Source: Longimicrobiales bacterium (GTDB lineage: Bacteria; Gemmatimonadota; Gemmatimonadetes; Longimicrobiales; Gaopeijiaceae). From it: 64,000 nucleotides of DNA. Of this stretch, positions 35,846-43,740 are shown one piece after another; position 1 is the stretch's first letter; every line of letters begins with the position of its first letter. The position numbers and the translations under genes were made by a program. The DNA lies in NCBI GenBank assembly GCA_965115975.1, contig OZ220468.1:629060-693059 (forward strand), read 5' to 3'. A model generated the notes under the pieces. It saw nothing but the letters and a program-made list of their open reading frames with translations. It searched no databases and had not been told where the DNA came from.

Positions 35846-37835
35846 GTGCGCCGTGGAAAGGCGCCGGTTCCCAGCGGGTGCGAATCCCGTCCGGCAAGGG
35901 TCGTTCCAGCCGGTAGCAACCAGAGCGGGTCGTGGAGGTAACGACATGGCTTGAAGCACTTTGGGTAGACGGACCGCCGTGGGCGGTTCAGCGAACATGC
36001 GGGCCGTAACGCGAGTGAACGCCGAGCAGGCCTCGAAAAGGCTAAGCCGCGGAGGCCGACCCGCCGACATTACGGGGAAGGCTGCCAGCGGTCGGGAAGC
36101 GAACGACGAGAGCACCGACCGCCTCCGCCGGGGTAGTGGCGACGGCACGCATGGAAGAGGGAGGCGGTAGCAACACGGGAAGCCCTGTCGGTGGCGTCGC
36201 GCGGCGCCAACTGGAACCCCGCGAGGGGCAGGCTGGGCCGGCAGGGTGGCGGATGGGCCCGTAGTACTGGAGACGCCGGGTAACGCCGGTCGAGGGAAGG
36301 GGCCCTGCTTCGAGAGCGGTACGGAAAGGGGGAAGGGACGTGACCACTGGCGAGAGCCTACCAGGGTCGGAGAAGGTTCGGAGACTCCAGACCGTGCTAC
36401 ACGCGAAAGCCAAGGAGGAACCTAAAGCGCGGTTCTATACGCTCATCGACAAGGTGTGGCGCGACGATGTTCTCGCGGAAGCCTGGAGGCGGGTACGCCG
36501 CAACGGCGGATCGGCCGGGGTGGACGGAGAGACGTTCGCGGACATCGAGGAGTACGGCGTGGAGCGGTGGCTTGGGGAACTGGCGCGAGATCTGAGGGAG
36601 GGCAGCTATGCGCCGCGAGCGGTGCGGCAGGTGCTGATCCCGAAGAAACAGCCTGGGAAGTACAGGCCGCTGGGCATTCCCTGCATAAGGGACCGGGTGG
36701 CGCAGACGGCGGCGTTGCTGGTGTTGACGCCGATCGTCGAGGCCGATTTGCAACCGGAGCAGTACGCCTATCGGCCGGAGCGGAGCGCGCACGATGCGAT
36801 CCAGCGGGTGCATCGGCTCCTGCACCAGGGGCACAGGGAGGTGGTCGACTGCGACTTGGCCAACTACTTCGGCGAGATACCGCACGCGGAGCTGATGAAG
36901 TGCTTCGCCCGGCGCATCAGCGACGGGCGGATGTTGAAGCTCCTGAAGGCGTGGCTGGAGATGCCGGTGGAGGAGGACGACGGGGAGGGCGGCGTACGTC
37001 GCACGAACCGGGCGCGCAGGGAGAGGAAGGGGACCCCCCAAGGGTCACCGTTCTCGCCGCTGGCCAGCAACCTGTACATGCGGCGATTCGTGCTGGGCTG
37101 GAAGACGCTGGGGTACGCCCAGCGGTTCCGGGCGGAGATCGTGAACTACGCGGACGACCTGTGCGTGGTGAGCAAGGCCCCGGCGGCGGAAGTGCTGGCG
37201 GCGGTCGAGCGACTCATGGAGAGGCTGAAGCTACCGGTCAACGAACGGAAGACTCGATGTCTGCGGTGCCCCGAAGAGGCGTTCGAGTATCTGGGGTACC
37301 GGGTGGGGCGCAACTACCGAGCGAGCGGGCGGGGGTGGTACATCGGGACCCGGCCCAGCAAGGGGAGCGTCCAGGGCATTGTCCGCAAGGTCAGCGAGAT
37401 GACGGCGAAGCGGTACACCGGACTTCCGGTGGAGGTGGTCGTAGAGCGGATCAACCAAGCGGTATACGGGTGGGCGCGCTACTTCAGCCTTGGGCAGGTG
37501 ACCCCTGCGTACCGAGCCGTCAACAAGCACACGGCCAAGCGGTTACGCCGGTGGCTCTGTTCGAAGCACAAGGTGAAGTCCGGGCAACACGCGCGGTTCC
37601 CGGAAGAGAGGCTGAGAGAGCTCGGCCTGTTTTGCCTGACGCGACGGACGATGGGCCTTCCGAAAGCGAAGGCGTGATCTCGTCGGAAAGCCGGATGCGG
37701 GAAAACCGCACGTCCGGTTTGATGGGCGGGGACTGGAAACGCAGCCATGGGAGTCGGCCTTGGAGGCCCGGAGCGAAAGCTACCCGGGATCACCCCACCG
37801 GACCCTAAAGCCGGCGCGCCAGTCCCCGACCCTAC
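35846..37835 (+). mobile_element. group II intron copy 1 (1,990 nt)
   Basis: Starts GUGCG and ends ...CCCUAC. Domain V AGCCGGATGCGGGAAAACCGCACGTCCGGTT at 37689-37719. RT/maturase ORF in domain IV. Candidate EBS1 GACATT at 36066-36071 complements the 5'-exon AATGTC. Confidence 0.85.
36340..37677 (+). CDS. group II intron reverse transcriptase/maturase (no endonuclease domain evident)
   Basis: 445 aa. RT blocks RVRRNGGSAGVDG, IPKKQPGKYRPLGIPCIRDRVAQ, VVDCDLANYFGEIPH, GTPQGSPFSPLASNLYM, YADDLCVV. C-terminal X/maturase WARYFSLG. Confidence 0.92.
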   Translation: MTTGESLPGSEKVRRLQTVLHAKAKEEPKARFYTLIDKVWRDDVLAEAWRRVRRNGGSAGVDGETFADIEEYGVERWLGELARDLREGSYAPRAVRQVLIPKKQPGKYRPLGIPCIRDRVAQTAALLVLTPIVEADLQPEQYAYRPERSAHDAIQRVHRLLHQGHREVVDCDLANYFGEIPHAELMKCFARRISDGRMLKLLKAWLEMPVEEDDGEGGVRRTNRARRERKGTPQGSPFSPLASNLYMRRFVLGWKTLGYAQRFRAEIVNYADDLCVVSKAPAAEVLAAVERLMERLKLPVNERKTRCLRCPEEAFEYLGYRVGRNYRASGRGWYIGTRPSKGSVQGIVRKVSEMTAKRYTGLPVEVVVERINQAVYGWARYFSLGQVTPAYRAVNKHTAKRLRRWLCSKHKVKSGQHARFPEERLRELGLFCLTRRTMGLPKAKA

Positions 37836-37853
37836 CGGTTCTGGGTTGGTTTA

Positions 37854-37869
37854 GCAAAGTAGAAATGTC
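37854..37869 (+). repeat. IS terminal motif, left inner copy (intron-occupied)
   Basis: Identical 16-mer immediately 5' of the second GUGCG. Confidence 0.85.
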
Positions 37870-39859
37870 GTGCGCCGTGGAAAGGCGCCGGTTCCCAGCG
37901 GGTGCGAATCCCGTCCGGCAAGGGTCGTTCCAGCCGGTAGCAACCAGAGCGGGTCGTGGAGGTAACGACATGGCTTGAAGCACTTTGGGTAGACGGACCG
38001 CCGTGGGCGGTTCAGCGAACATGCGGGCCGTAACGCGAGTGAACGCCGAGCAGGCCTCGAAAAGGCTAAGCCGCGGAGGCCGACCCGCCGACATTACGGG
38101 GAAGGCTGCCAGCGGTCGGGAAGCGAACGACGAGAGCACCGACCGCCTCCGCCGGGGTAGTGGCGACGGCACGCATGGAAGAGGGAGGCGGTAGCAACAC
38201 GGGAAGCCCTGTCGGTGGCGTCGCGCGGCGCCAACTGGAACCCCGCGAGGGGCAGGCTGGGCCGGCAGGGTGGCGGATGGGCCCGTAGTACTGGAGACGC
38301 CGGGTAACGCCGGTCGAGGGAAGGGGCCCTGCTTCGAGAGCGGTACGGAAAGGGGGAAGGGACGTGACCACTGGCGAGAGCCTACCAGGGTCGGAGAAGG
38401 TTCGGAGACTCCAGACCGTGCTACACGCGAAAGCCAAGGAGGAACCTAAAGCGCGGTTCTATACGCTCATCGACAAGGTGTGGCGCGACGATGTTCTCGC
38501 GGAAGCCTGGAGGCGGGTACGCCGCAACGGCGGATCGGCCGGGGTGGACGGAGAGACGTTCGCGGACATCGAGGAGTACGGCGTGGAGCGGTGGCTTGGG
38601 GAACTGGCGCGAGATCTGAGGGAGGGCAGCTATGCGCCGCGAGCGGTGCGGCAGGTGCTGATCCCGAAGAAACAGCCTGGGAAGTACAGGCCGCTGGGCA
38701 TTCCCTGCATAAGGGACCGGGTGGCGCAGACGGCGGCGTTGCTGGTGTTGACGCCGATCGTCGAGGCCGATTTGCAACCGGAGCAGTACGCCTATCGGCC
38801 GGAGCGGAGCGCGCACGATGCGATCCAGCGGGTGCATCGGCTCCTGCACCAGGGGCACAGGGAGGTGGTCGACTGCGACTTGGCCAACTACTTCGGCGAG
38901 ATACCGCACGCGGAGCTGATGAAGTGCTTCGCCCGGCGCATCAGCGACGGGCGGATGTTGAAGCTCCTGAAGGCGTGGCTGGAGATGCCGGTGGAGGAGG
39001 ACGACGGGGAGGGCGGCGTACGTCGCACGAACCGGGCGCGCAGGGAGAGGAAGGGGACCCCCCAAGGGTCACCGTTCTCGCCGCTGGCCAGCAACCTGTA
39101 CATGCGGCGATTCGTGCTGGGCTGGAAGACGCTGGGGTACGCCCAGCGGTTCCGGGCGGAGATCGTGAACTACGCGGACGACCTGTGCGTGGTGAGCAAG
39201 GCCCCGGCGGCGGAAGTGCTGGCGGCGGTCGAGCGACTCATGGAGAGGCTGAAGCTACCGGTCAACGAACGGAAGACTCGATGTCTGCGGTGCCCCGAAG
39301 AGGCGTTCGAGTATCTGGGGTACCGGGTGGGGCGCAACTACCGAGCGAGCGGGCGGGGGTGGTACATCGGGACCCGGCCCAGCAAGGGGAGCGTCCAGGG
39401 CATTGTCCGCAAGGTCAGCGAGATGACGGCGAAGCGGTACACCGGACTTCCGGTGGAGGTGGTCGTAGAGCGGATCAACCAAGCGGTATACGGGTGGGCG
39501 CGCTACTTCAGCCTTGGGCAGGTGACCCCTGCGTACCGAGCCGTCAACAAGCACACGGCCAAGCGGTTACGCCGGTGGCTCTGTTCGAAGCACAAGGTGA
39601 AGTCCGGGCAACACGCGCGGTTCCCGGAAGAGAGGCTGAGAGAGCTCGGCCTGTTTTGCCTGACGCGACGGACGATGGGCCTTCCGAAAGCGAAGGCGTG
39701 ATCTCGTCGGAAAGCCGGATGCGGGAAAACCGCACGTCCGGTTTGATGGGCGGGGACTGGAAACGCAGCCATGGGAGTCGGCCTTGGAGGCCCGGAGCGA
39801 AAGCTACCCGGGATCACCCCACCGGACCCTAAAGCCGGCGCGCCAGTCCCCGACCCTAC
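37870..39859 (+). mobile_element. group II intron copy 2 (1,990 nt, apparently identical to copy 1)
   Basis: Sequence repeats copy 1 with a period of 2,024 nt (1,990-nt intron + 34-nt spacer). All track ORFs inside recur with identical translations. Confidence 0.85.
38364..39701 (+). CDS. group II intron reverse transcriptase/maturase (copy 2)
   Basis: Translation identical to 36340-37677. Confidence 0.92.
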   Translation: MTTGESLPGSEKVRRLQTVLHAKAKEEPKARFYTLIDKVWRDDVLAEAWRRVRRNGGSAGVDGETFADIEEYGVERWLGELARDLREGSYAPRAVRQVLIPKKQPGKYRPLGIPCIRDRVAQTAALLVLTPIVEADLQPEQYAYRPERSAHDAIQRVHRLLHQGHREVVDCDLANYFGEIPHAELMKCFARRISDGRMLKLLKAWLEMPVEEDDGEGGVRRTNRARRERKGTPQGSPFSPLASNLYMRRFVLGWKTLGYAQRFRAEIVNYADDLCVVSKAPAAEVLAAVERLMERLKLPVNERKTRCLRCPEEAFEYLGYRVGRNYRASGRGWYIGTRPSKGSVQGIVRKVSEMTAKRYTGLPVEVVVERINQAVYGWARYFSLGQVTPAYRAVNKHTAKRLRRWLCSKHKVKSGQHARFPEERLRELGLFCLTRRTMGLPKAKA

Positions 39860-39912
39860 CTCTTTCGGATGGTCTTCGGTGGTTCACGCAACCCGATCCG
39901 GGAGAGGAGCAG

Positions 39913-41223
39913 ATGGAACTCAGTTTGAAGGAGCGCGACCGCGTGTCGGTGCTGAGGCAGGTGAGCGAAGGGGTGCTGACGGCGTCTGCGGGCGCCCGGC
40001 GCATCGGCGTCACGCCGCGTCACTTCCGACGCTTGCTGCGGCGGTTCGAGGCGGAAGGCGACGCCGTCGCGGTCCACGGGCTTCGAGGTCGGGCCTCGAA
40101 CCGGGCGTTGCCTCCAGAGGTTCGCCAGGCGGTGCTGGCGCTCGCGGAGGATCCGATGTTCCGCGACTTCGGACCGACGCTGCTCGCCGAACACGTCGAG
40201 CTGGCGTGCGGGCTGCGGGTGAGTCGGGAGACGGTGCGGCGCTGGTTGCTGGAGTCCGGGTTGCGGACGCGCAGTCGCAAGCGGGCGAAGCACCGGAGTC
40301 GGCGTCCCCGCCGGGCGGCGCTGGGGGAGTTGGCGCAGTGGGACAGCTCGGTGCATCGGTGGCTCGAGGATCGCGTCGAGGGCGACCTGACGCTGATCGC
40401 GCTCCACGACGACGCGACGAGCCGTCTGATGGCGGCCCGGTTCGTGGCCCGCGACAACGGGGCGGAGAACCGGCGCGTGATCATCGACTACCTGCGGCGT
40501 CACGGTCGGCCCTTGGCGGTGTACACGGACCACGCGGGCCACTTCGGGCAGTGGCAGTCGGAGAAGGAGAAGCGAACGGATACGATCATCTCGAAGGCGT
40601 TGGGCGAACTGGACATCGGGCTGATCCTGGCCAGCTCTCCGCAGGCCAAGGGGCGCGTCGAGCGCACCTTCGGGACGGCGCAGGACCGGCTGATCAAGGA
40701 GATGCGCCTCGCGCGGATCTCGGATCTCGAGAAGGCGAACGAGTTCCTCGAGGAGTACTGGGCGCCGCTGTGGAACGAACGGTTCGCGACGGCGCCTGCG
40801 GAGGCGCGCGACGCGCACCGTCCGTTGCCGGCGGGGGTGGATCTGGACGCTCTGTTCGCGGAGACGGTGGTCCGCAAGGTCGCTCGGGACTTCACGATCC
40901 GCTTCAAGAACGAGCTCTGGCAGATCCCGGAGCACGAAGCTACGGACTTGGCGCCCGGCGCTGAGATCGTGGTCGAACGGCGGTTGGACGGCGAACTGCG
41001 CTTCCGCAGTGGGTCCCGGTACCTGGACGTCGAGTCGCTGGGCTGTGCGCGAAGCCGCCCGAAAGCTCCGGCGCAGCCCGCCGAAGAGAAGACCCCGAAG
41101 CCGCTCGGCAAGCCGCCGAAGCCAGGCTCGGGCCACCCGTGGCGCCTCCGGATCCAAGCGGAAGTGCAGCGCGCGCTGGCCAGGCGGAAGCGGCGCGAGG
41201 AACGGGGTCGAAGCGACGAGTGA
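39913..41223 (+). CDS. DDE (rve-type integrase core) transposase with N-terminal HTH
   Basis: MELSLKERDRVSVLRQV...RRIGVTPRHFRRLL HTH. Catalytic-core landmarks LAQWDSSVHRW, VYTDHAGHF, SPQAKGRVERTFGTAQDRL. ATG39913 inside track ORF 39784-41223. Confidence 0.85.
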   Translation: MELSLKERDRVSVLRQVSEGVLTASAGARRIGVTPRHFRRLLRRFEAEGDAVAVHGLRGRASNRALPPEVRQAVLALAEDPMFRDFGPTLLAEHVELACGLRVSRETVRRWLLESGLRTRSRKRAKHRSRRPRRAALGELAQWDSSVHRWLEDRVEGDLTLIALHDDATSRLMAARFVARDNGAENRRVIIDYLRRHGRPLAVYTDHAGHFGQWQSEKEKRTDTIISKALGELDIGLILASSPQAKGRVERTFGTAQDRLIKEMRLARISDLEKANEFLEEYWAPLWNERFATAPAEARDAHRPLPAGVDLDALFAETVVRKVARDFTIRFKNELWQIPEHEATDLAPGAEIVVERRLDGELRFRSGSRYLDVESLGCARSRPKAPAQPAEEKTPKPLGKPPKPGSGHPWRLRIQAEVQRALARRKRREERGRSDE

Positions 41224-41465
41224 GCAGGCAGCCACGCCGTTCTTCCCCCTCGCCGGGGGGGATCGGACAGGCGCTCGACGCGCCTGAACACAACCCCTCG
41301 CGGGGCAGCCCCGAACCGCCCGCACCGCATGCACGGCGGCCTCGTACGGACGTTCGACGGCGCAGATCGGCCCGCAGGCACCGCTTCTCCGCACACACAT
41401 TCGCCAAGGACAGCGGGTCCCAGGGCGTCCAGACAGGCAACGGGAGCGGTCGGCCGGCCGCTCCC

Positions 41466-41520
41466 GGGCCCTGGCGCCTCGCTTCGGTCGCTCCGCTCCC
41501 TGCGCGAGGCGCCAGGGCCC
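41466..41520. other. 17-bp perfect inverted repeat (hairpin) in the IS right arm
   Basis: GGGCCCTGGCGCCTCGC (41466-41482) and GCGAGGCGCCAGGGCCC (41504-41520), 21-nt loop. Confidence 0.7.
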
Positions 41521-41589
41521 GCGCATCCCAGAAGACGTGGAACGCTGTCGCAACCCGCTACCCCCAACCCCAAGACCGGTCCCCAGGCG

Positions 41590-41605
41590 GACATTTCTAC
41601 TTTGC
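41590..41605 (-). repeat. IS terminal motif, right inner copy (empty intron site)
   Basis: gacatttctactttgc is the reverse complement of GCAAAGTAGAAATGTC. Confidence 0.85.
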
Positions 41606-41615
41606 TCGCCCCCCG

Positions 41616-41631
41616 GACATTTCTACTTTGC
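41616..41631 (-). repeat. IS terminal motif, right outer copy (empty intron site)
   Basis: gacatttctactttgc, 7 nt from the IS end. Confidence 0.85.
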
Positions 41632-41638
41632 GTTGACA

Positions 41639-41658
41639 AGTCAGATAAGCGAGGCTGT
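41639..41658. repeat. target-site duplication, right copy
   Basis: Identical to 35806-35825. Confidence 0.85.
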
Positions 41659-42022
41659 TGCTGCGAGAGCTCAAGACCACGACCTTCCCGGAAGCGGATT
41701 CCGCCAAGCCCGTGATCCGCTGGAACTCGAAGGGTCCTTCCCCGAATTGTCCGAAGCTGGCCTCCAGGCGTCCCTCGTCGTCGTAGCTTCGCACGCGAGG
41801 TAGAAGCCGGTCGGCGATCAAATAGCCGCCGCCGCTACGCTCGACGAACCGGCCGATCTCGGCGATCGAGTCGGAGGGGTCTTCGCCGAGCGCCACGACG
41901 GACTCGGTGGCGAACGCCTCCGCGAGCGTCGCCGAGACGGGCAACGGGACGGGGGCCTCCCTCTCCCCGCAGGCGGCGAGAAGGAGGGCCGCCAAGAGAG
42001 GAGAGGGCCGGGCGGACCGCAC
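41639..42022 (-). pseudogene. N-terminal fragment of IS-disrupted 6-bladed beta-propeller lipoprotein gene
   Basis: GTG42022 gives MRSARPSPLLAALLLAACGE (lipobox). NHL-like FGQFGEGPFEFQRITGLA. The reading frame runs into the IS right end and stops. Confidence 0.8.
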
Positions 42023-42039
42023 TACTGCCTCGCCAATCA

Positions 42040-42297
42040 CTATTTGCGTTCCACAACCACCACGATCCCTTCCAGGCAGCAAATCTCCTCGTTGGTGTCG
42101 CACATCGGGCCTTCGCAGGGATGCCCGGGGCCCGGCGTCCCCTCGCCGTCATGGCAGTAGGGGTCGGCCTCGACGTCGCACTCGCCACCACCGTCGGCGA
42201 CGACCGACTCGGTGCCCACCACGCCGACGCCCACCGCCAACGCAACCGCCAGGATCAGCGCGGCGGCGAAACGGATCAGATTTGCGACGATCTCCAT
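42040..42297 (-). CDS. small acidic six-cysteine secreted/membrane-anchored protein
   Basis: 85 aa. Hydrophobic N-terminus LIRFAAALILAVALAVGVGVVG. Then Cys at 40, 48, 61, 66, 73 and 74 in a D/E/G/P-rich 35-residue stretch. Stop lies 17 nt before the propeller start. Confidence 0.6.
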   Translation of the reverse strand: MEIVANLIRFAAALILAVALAVGVGVVGTESVVADGGGECDVEADPYCHDGEGTPGPGHPCEGPMCDTNEEICCLEGIVVVVERK

Positions 42298-42316
42298 GTG
42301 TGATTCTCCTTGGAAT

Positions 42317-42910
42317 CTAGAGTTGACTGCGAATGACGGCGCTGGCGAGAACCCCTCGCAGAGCGCCGACCTGCGCCTCGAAGCTCCAGCCGCACTCCGA
42401 CGTTGCGGTTCTCGAATCCGACATCAGAATGGTCCGGCTACCGTCCAAAAGGACCTTGGTGCTGGGTAGCAAAGCTCCAAGGACCTCCTCGATTTCCTCC
42501 CTGGACACCGACGAAACGGCCGTGCCGCGCAAGGCGCGACGCGCGCGATCCGGGAGCGTTTCGTCGCCCATCACCAGAATGCGACGGCTGATCGCAGGGT
42601 CTTCGCCCAATGCGTTCCAAGCCGCGAATCCACCGGCAAGGCAAGTGGGGCATCGGTCCAGGTCGAGGAACCAGATCAGGTGGGCGTCGACCAAGGCCCC
42701 GTCTTCGCCGGGAATCCCGACGGTCTCGTGGAAGAAACCCATGGGCACGCGAAGGCCAACCAAGCGGTCGAGCACCGCCGTGCGCTCCGCCAGAAGGGCT
42801 TCTCGCTGAAGGCTGGCGCGCAGCCCGCGATTGACCCCGCTCGCTCTCCACACCCACAGAGCGCTGACCAGGAGAAGGGTCGCAACCGCGAGGTTCGATA
42901 TCCCAGCCAA
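42317..42910 (-). CDS. membrane-anchored thioredoxin-fold-like protein with CPTC (CxxC) motif
   Basis: 197 aa. N-terminal TM NLAVATLLLVSALWVW. IWFLDLDRCPTCL resembles a Trx/TlpA active-site strand-helix. 19 nt upstream of the Cys-rich ORF. Confidence 0.55.
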   Translation of the reverse strand: MAGISNLAVATLLLVSALWVWRASGVNRGLRASLQREALLAERTAVLDRLVGLRVPMGFFHETVGIPGEDGALVDAHLIWFLDLDRCPTCLAGGFAAWNALGEDPAISRRILVMGDETLPDRARRALRGTAVSSVSREEIEEVLGALLPSTKVLLDGSRTILMSDSRTATSECGWSFEAQVGALRGVLASAVIRSQL

Positions 42911-43234
42911 GCGGCGTCCGGCGTTTGGCGATCCCCATCAAACTCTCCTCCCGACGGCCGATGCGTCGGTTCGACGGATACTTCCCGACACAGTGCAACG
43001 GCAGGCGAGCCAGCGCAAGGGGATCGAATCCGGACTTGGCGCCCGCGTGCGACCGGCGCCGCTGCGCGGGCGCCGTGGGGCGCCGTGCAGATTGCGCGTG
43101 CAAGCAGGCGCCGCCGATTTCCGTCGCCGTCGGTGCGTCCGTCAGGCCGTCGCGCGCGGCGGAGCGAGTTGCGAGCGTTCTCGAGTTCCCGCCGGGAGTC
43201 CGGAGCGACGGACCCAACGAACGCACCCGCCGGA

Positions 43235-43621
43235 TCAGACCAGCTTCCCGTCCCGTTCGAGCTTGGCGACGACGGCCCGTCCCAGCGCCTGCGTGACGCT
43301 CGCCGCCACGGCGGCCCGAACGACGGCGCCCAGGCCCGGAACCCAGCGCAGGACGAGGTTGGCCCCGCCCCTGCCCACCATGGTCCCGAGCGTGGCGTAC
43401 AAGGTGGAGCGGACGGCGGCGTCGGTCCACGGAACGCCGTATTCGTCGGCCAGGGCCGTGATCATCCCGACCTGCACGGGAGCGATCGCGACGGCGTCGG
43501 CGCCGGGCACGACCGTCGCCGCCGCTGCGGTGGCCGCCGCGGCGGACGCGGCGTGAACGATGGCCCTGCACCGCTGGTCCCGCTCCGGCAGGTAGCGCCT
43601 GAACTCCTCTCTGAATCCCAT
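43235..43621 (-). CDS. DUF697-like small protein
   Basis: 128 aa from ATG43621. AIVHAASAAAATAAAATVVPGADAVAIAPVQVGMITALADEYG pattern resembles DUF697. Tail of a 1005-aa artefactual ORF. Confidence 0.45.
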   Translation of the reverse strand: MGFREEFRRYLPERDQRCRAIVHAASAAAATAAAATVVPGADAVAIAPVQVGMITALADEYGVPWTDAAVRSTLYATLGTMVGRGGANLVLRWVPGLGAVVRAAVAASVTQALGRAVVAKLERDGKLV

Positions 43622-43740
43622 GGTCCCCTCGCTTCTCGTCGTCGATTCCGGTCCGCCTCGCCGCCAGGCCCGCACTACGCGTCCGCGTCCGCCGGCGTTC
43701 CCGCGTCCCGCTCGCCGCCGGGGGCGTCCGGGCGTCCCGA

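Larger units (their letters stand above)
35823..41638 (+). mobile_element. composite: rve/DDE insertion sequence (IS1202/ISNCY- or IS481-like, ~1.83 kb without introns) carrying two group II introns
   Basis: Ends TGTCGTAGCAAAGTAGAAATGTC and (reverse complement) TGTCAACGCAAAGTAGAAATGTC. Flanked by a 17-20 bp direct repeat and splits a host ORF. One transposase gene. Confidence 0.8.

Noticed and set aside
35846-39893. 2,024-nt tandem repeat as a possible CRISPR-like or satellite array, and the ORFs in its 5' part (35603-36148 -, 36042-36413 -, 37780-38172 -, 38066-38437 -).
   Set aside because: The period and content are explained by two complete group II introns. The small ORFs overlap ribozyme domains I-III and have no protein-like features.
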